In this document: in pieces, positions 63,593 through 64,000 of the stretch
How the letters are laid out: every line of letters starts with the position of its first letter
Position numbering within the stretch: position 1 is the first letter of the stretch
Assembly: GCF_009914755.1 (NCBI RefSeq)
Contig: NC_060939.1
DNA length: 64,000 bases
From: the human T2T-CHM13v2.0 reference genome, Homo sapiens
Direction: 5' to 3' (one strand)
The notes under the pieces: model-generated
What the model saw: the letters and a program-made list of their open reading frames with translations, nothing else
Databases searched by the model: none
Told to the model about the DNA's origin: nothing
Made by a program: the position numbers and the translations under genes

Positions 63593-63805
63593 CTGGATGA
63601 CGAAGTCTCGGCCCCGGAAGTCGGCGATGGTCCTGGGCAGCCTCGTCCGGCCCCAGACGAAGCGAAGGAAAAGAGAGCGCTCTGTGTTGGAGAAGGACTC
63701 CATCACCTCCCAGAACCACTGGATCAGCGATGCGGAAGGCTCGATGCCTTTATAGGTGGCCACCGACTTGAGAAGGTGCAGCGGGATGTCAGGGCTGCCA
63801 CACAC
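63593..63805 (-). CDS. HERC2: HERC2 penultimate coding exon (HECT domain), 213 nt, phase 0/0
   Basis: [71 protein letters not shown] with HECT motifs WFWEV and FVWG; flanked by ccgcag| and |gtaggc; joins the terminal exon in frame. Confidence 0.96.
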
Positions 63806-64000
63806 CTGCGGGAGGATGTCTGTCAGGGCCGCGTGATGCTTCCCACCCTGGCATTTCCGCAAGACTCCGTCACGCTCCCTCTCTACACCAAGGCCTGTTT
63901 GGGGTGGGGAAAGGTCTGGGGGCTCTGGGTGGGCCCACACACAGCCTCCTGCAGGCGGGTGGAGGGACGCGCTCAGAGTGCACTCCCTTCAGTCAACACA

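Noticed and set aside
62285-63805. HERC2 pseudogene (15q11-q13 duplicon) interpretation
   Set aside because: Intact frames, canonical splice sites and direct adjacency to OCA2 identify the functional gene
63806-64000. rs12913832 OCA2 enhancer
   Set aside because: It lies in HERC2 intron 86, several exons upstream and outside this window

Overview
Human (or very close primate) genomic DNA from the OCA2-HERC2 pigmentation locus (15q13.1); both genes are on the minus strand. The right end holds the last two HERC2 exons (HECT C-lobe with the catalytic Cys, acidic tail, 3'UTR). An ~11.7 kb intergenic stretch follows, with an orphan CpG island and two large dinucleotide-type tracts. Next come the OCA2 GC-box promoter, non-coding exon 1 (~49751-49843), intron 1 (17.3 kb), ATG-bearing exon 2 (32176-32423) and ~32 kb of intron 2. 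The introns are mostly transposon-derived: Alus including an AluYb8, an SVA_F, solo LTRs (LTR12, MER11, MER4-group, THE1/MST, MLT1) and old L1s. There is no CRISPR array, tRNA or rRNA, and nearly all ORFs in the track are repeat or GC artefacts. I cannot demonstrate a new biological system. The best leads are: (1) an in-frame HERC2 penultimate-exon to OCA2 exon 2 read-through fusion that the splice phases allow; (2) a nested retro-insertion at 17.7-24.6 kb with twin-priming inversion, apparent 3' transduction, an SVA and a compound Alu; (3) an array of ~30 CATGTG E-boxes upstream of OCA2; (4) what I recall as the blue-eye-linked rs1129038 allele. Repeat subfamily calls and SNP identities come from memory of consensus or reference sequences and need RepeatMasker/dbSNP confirmation.
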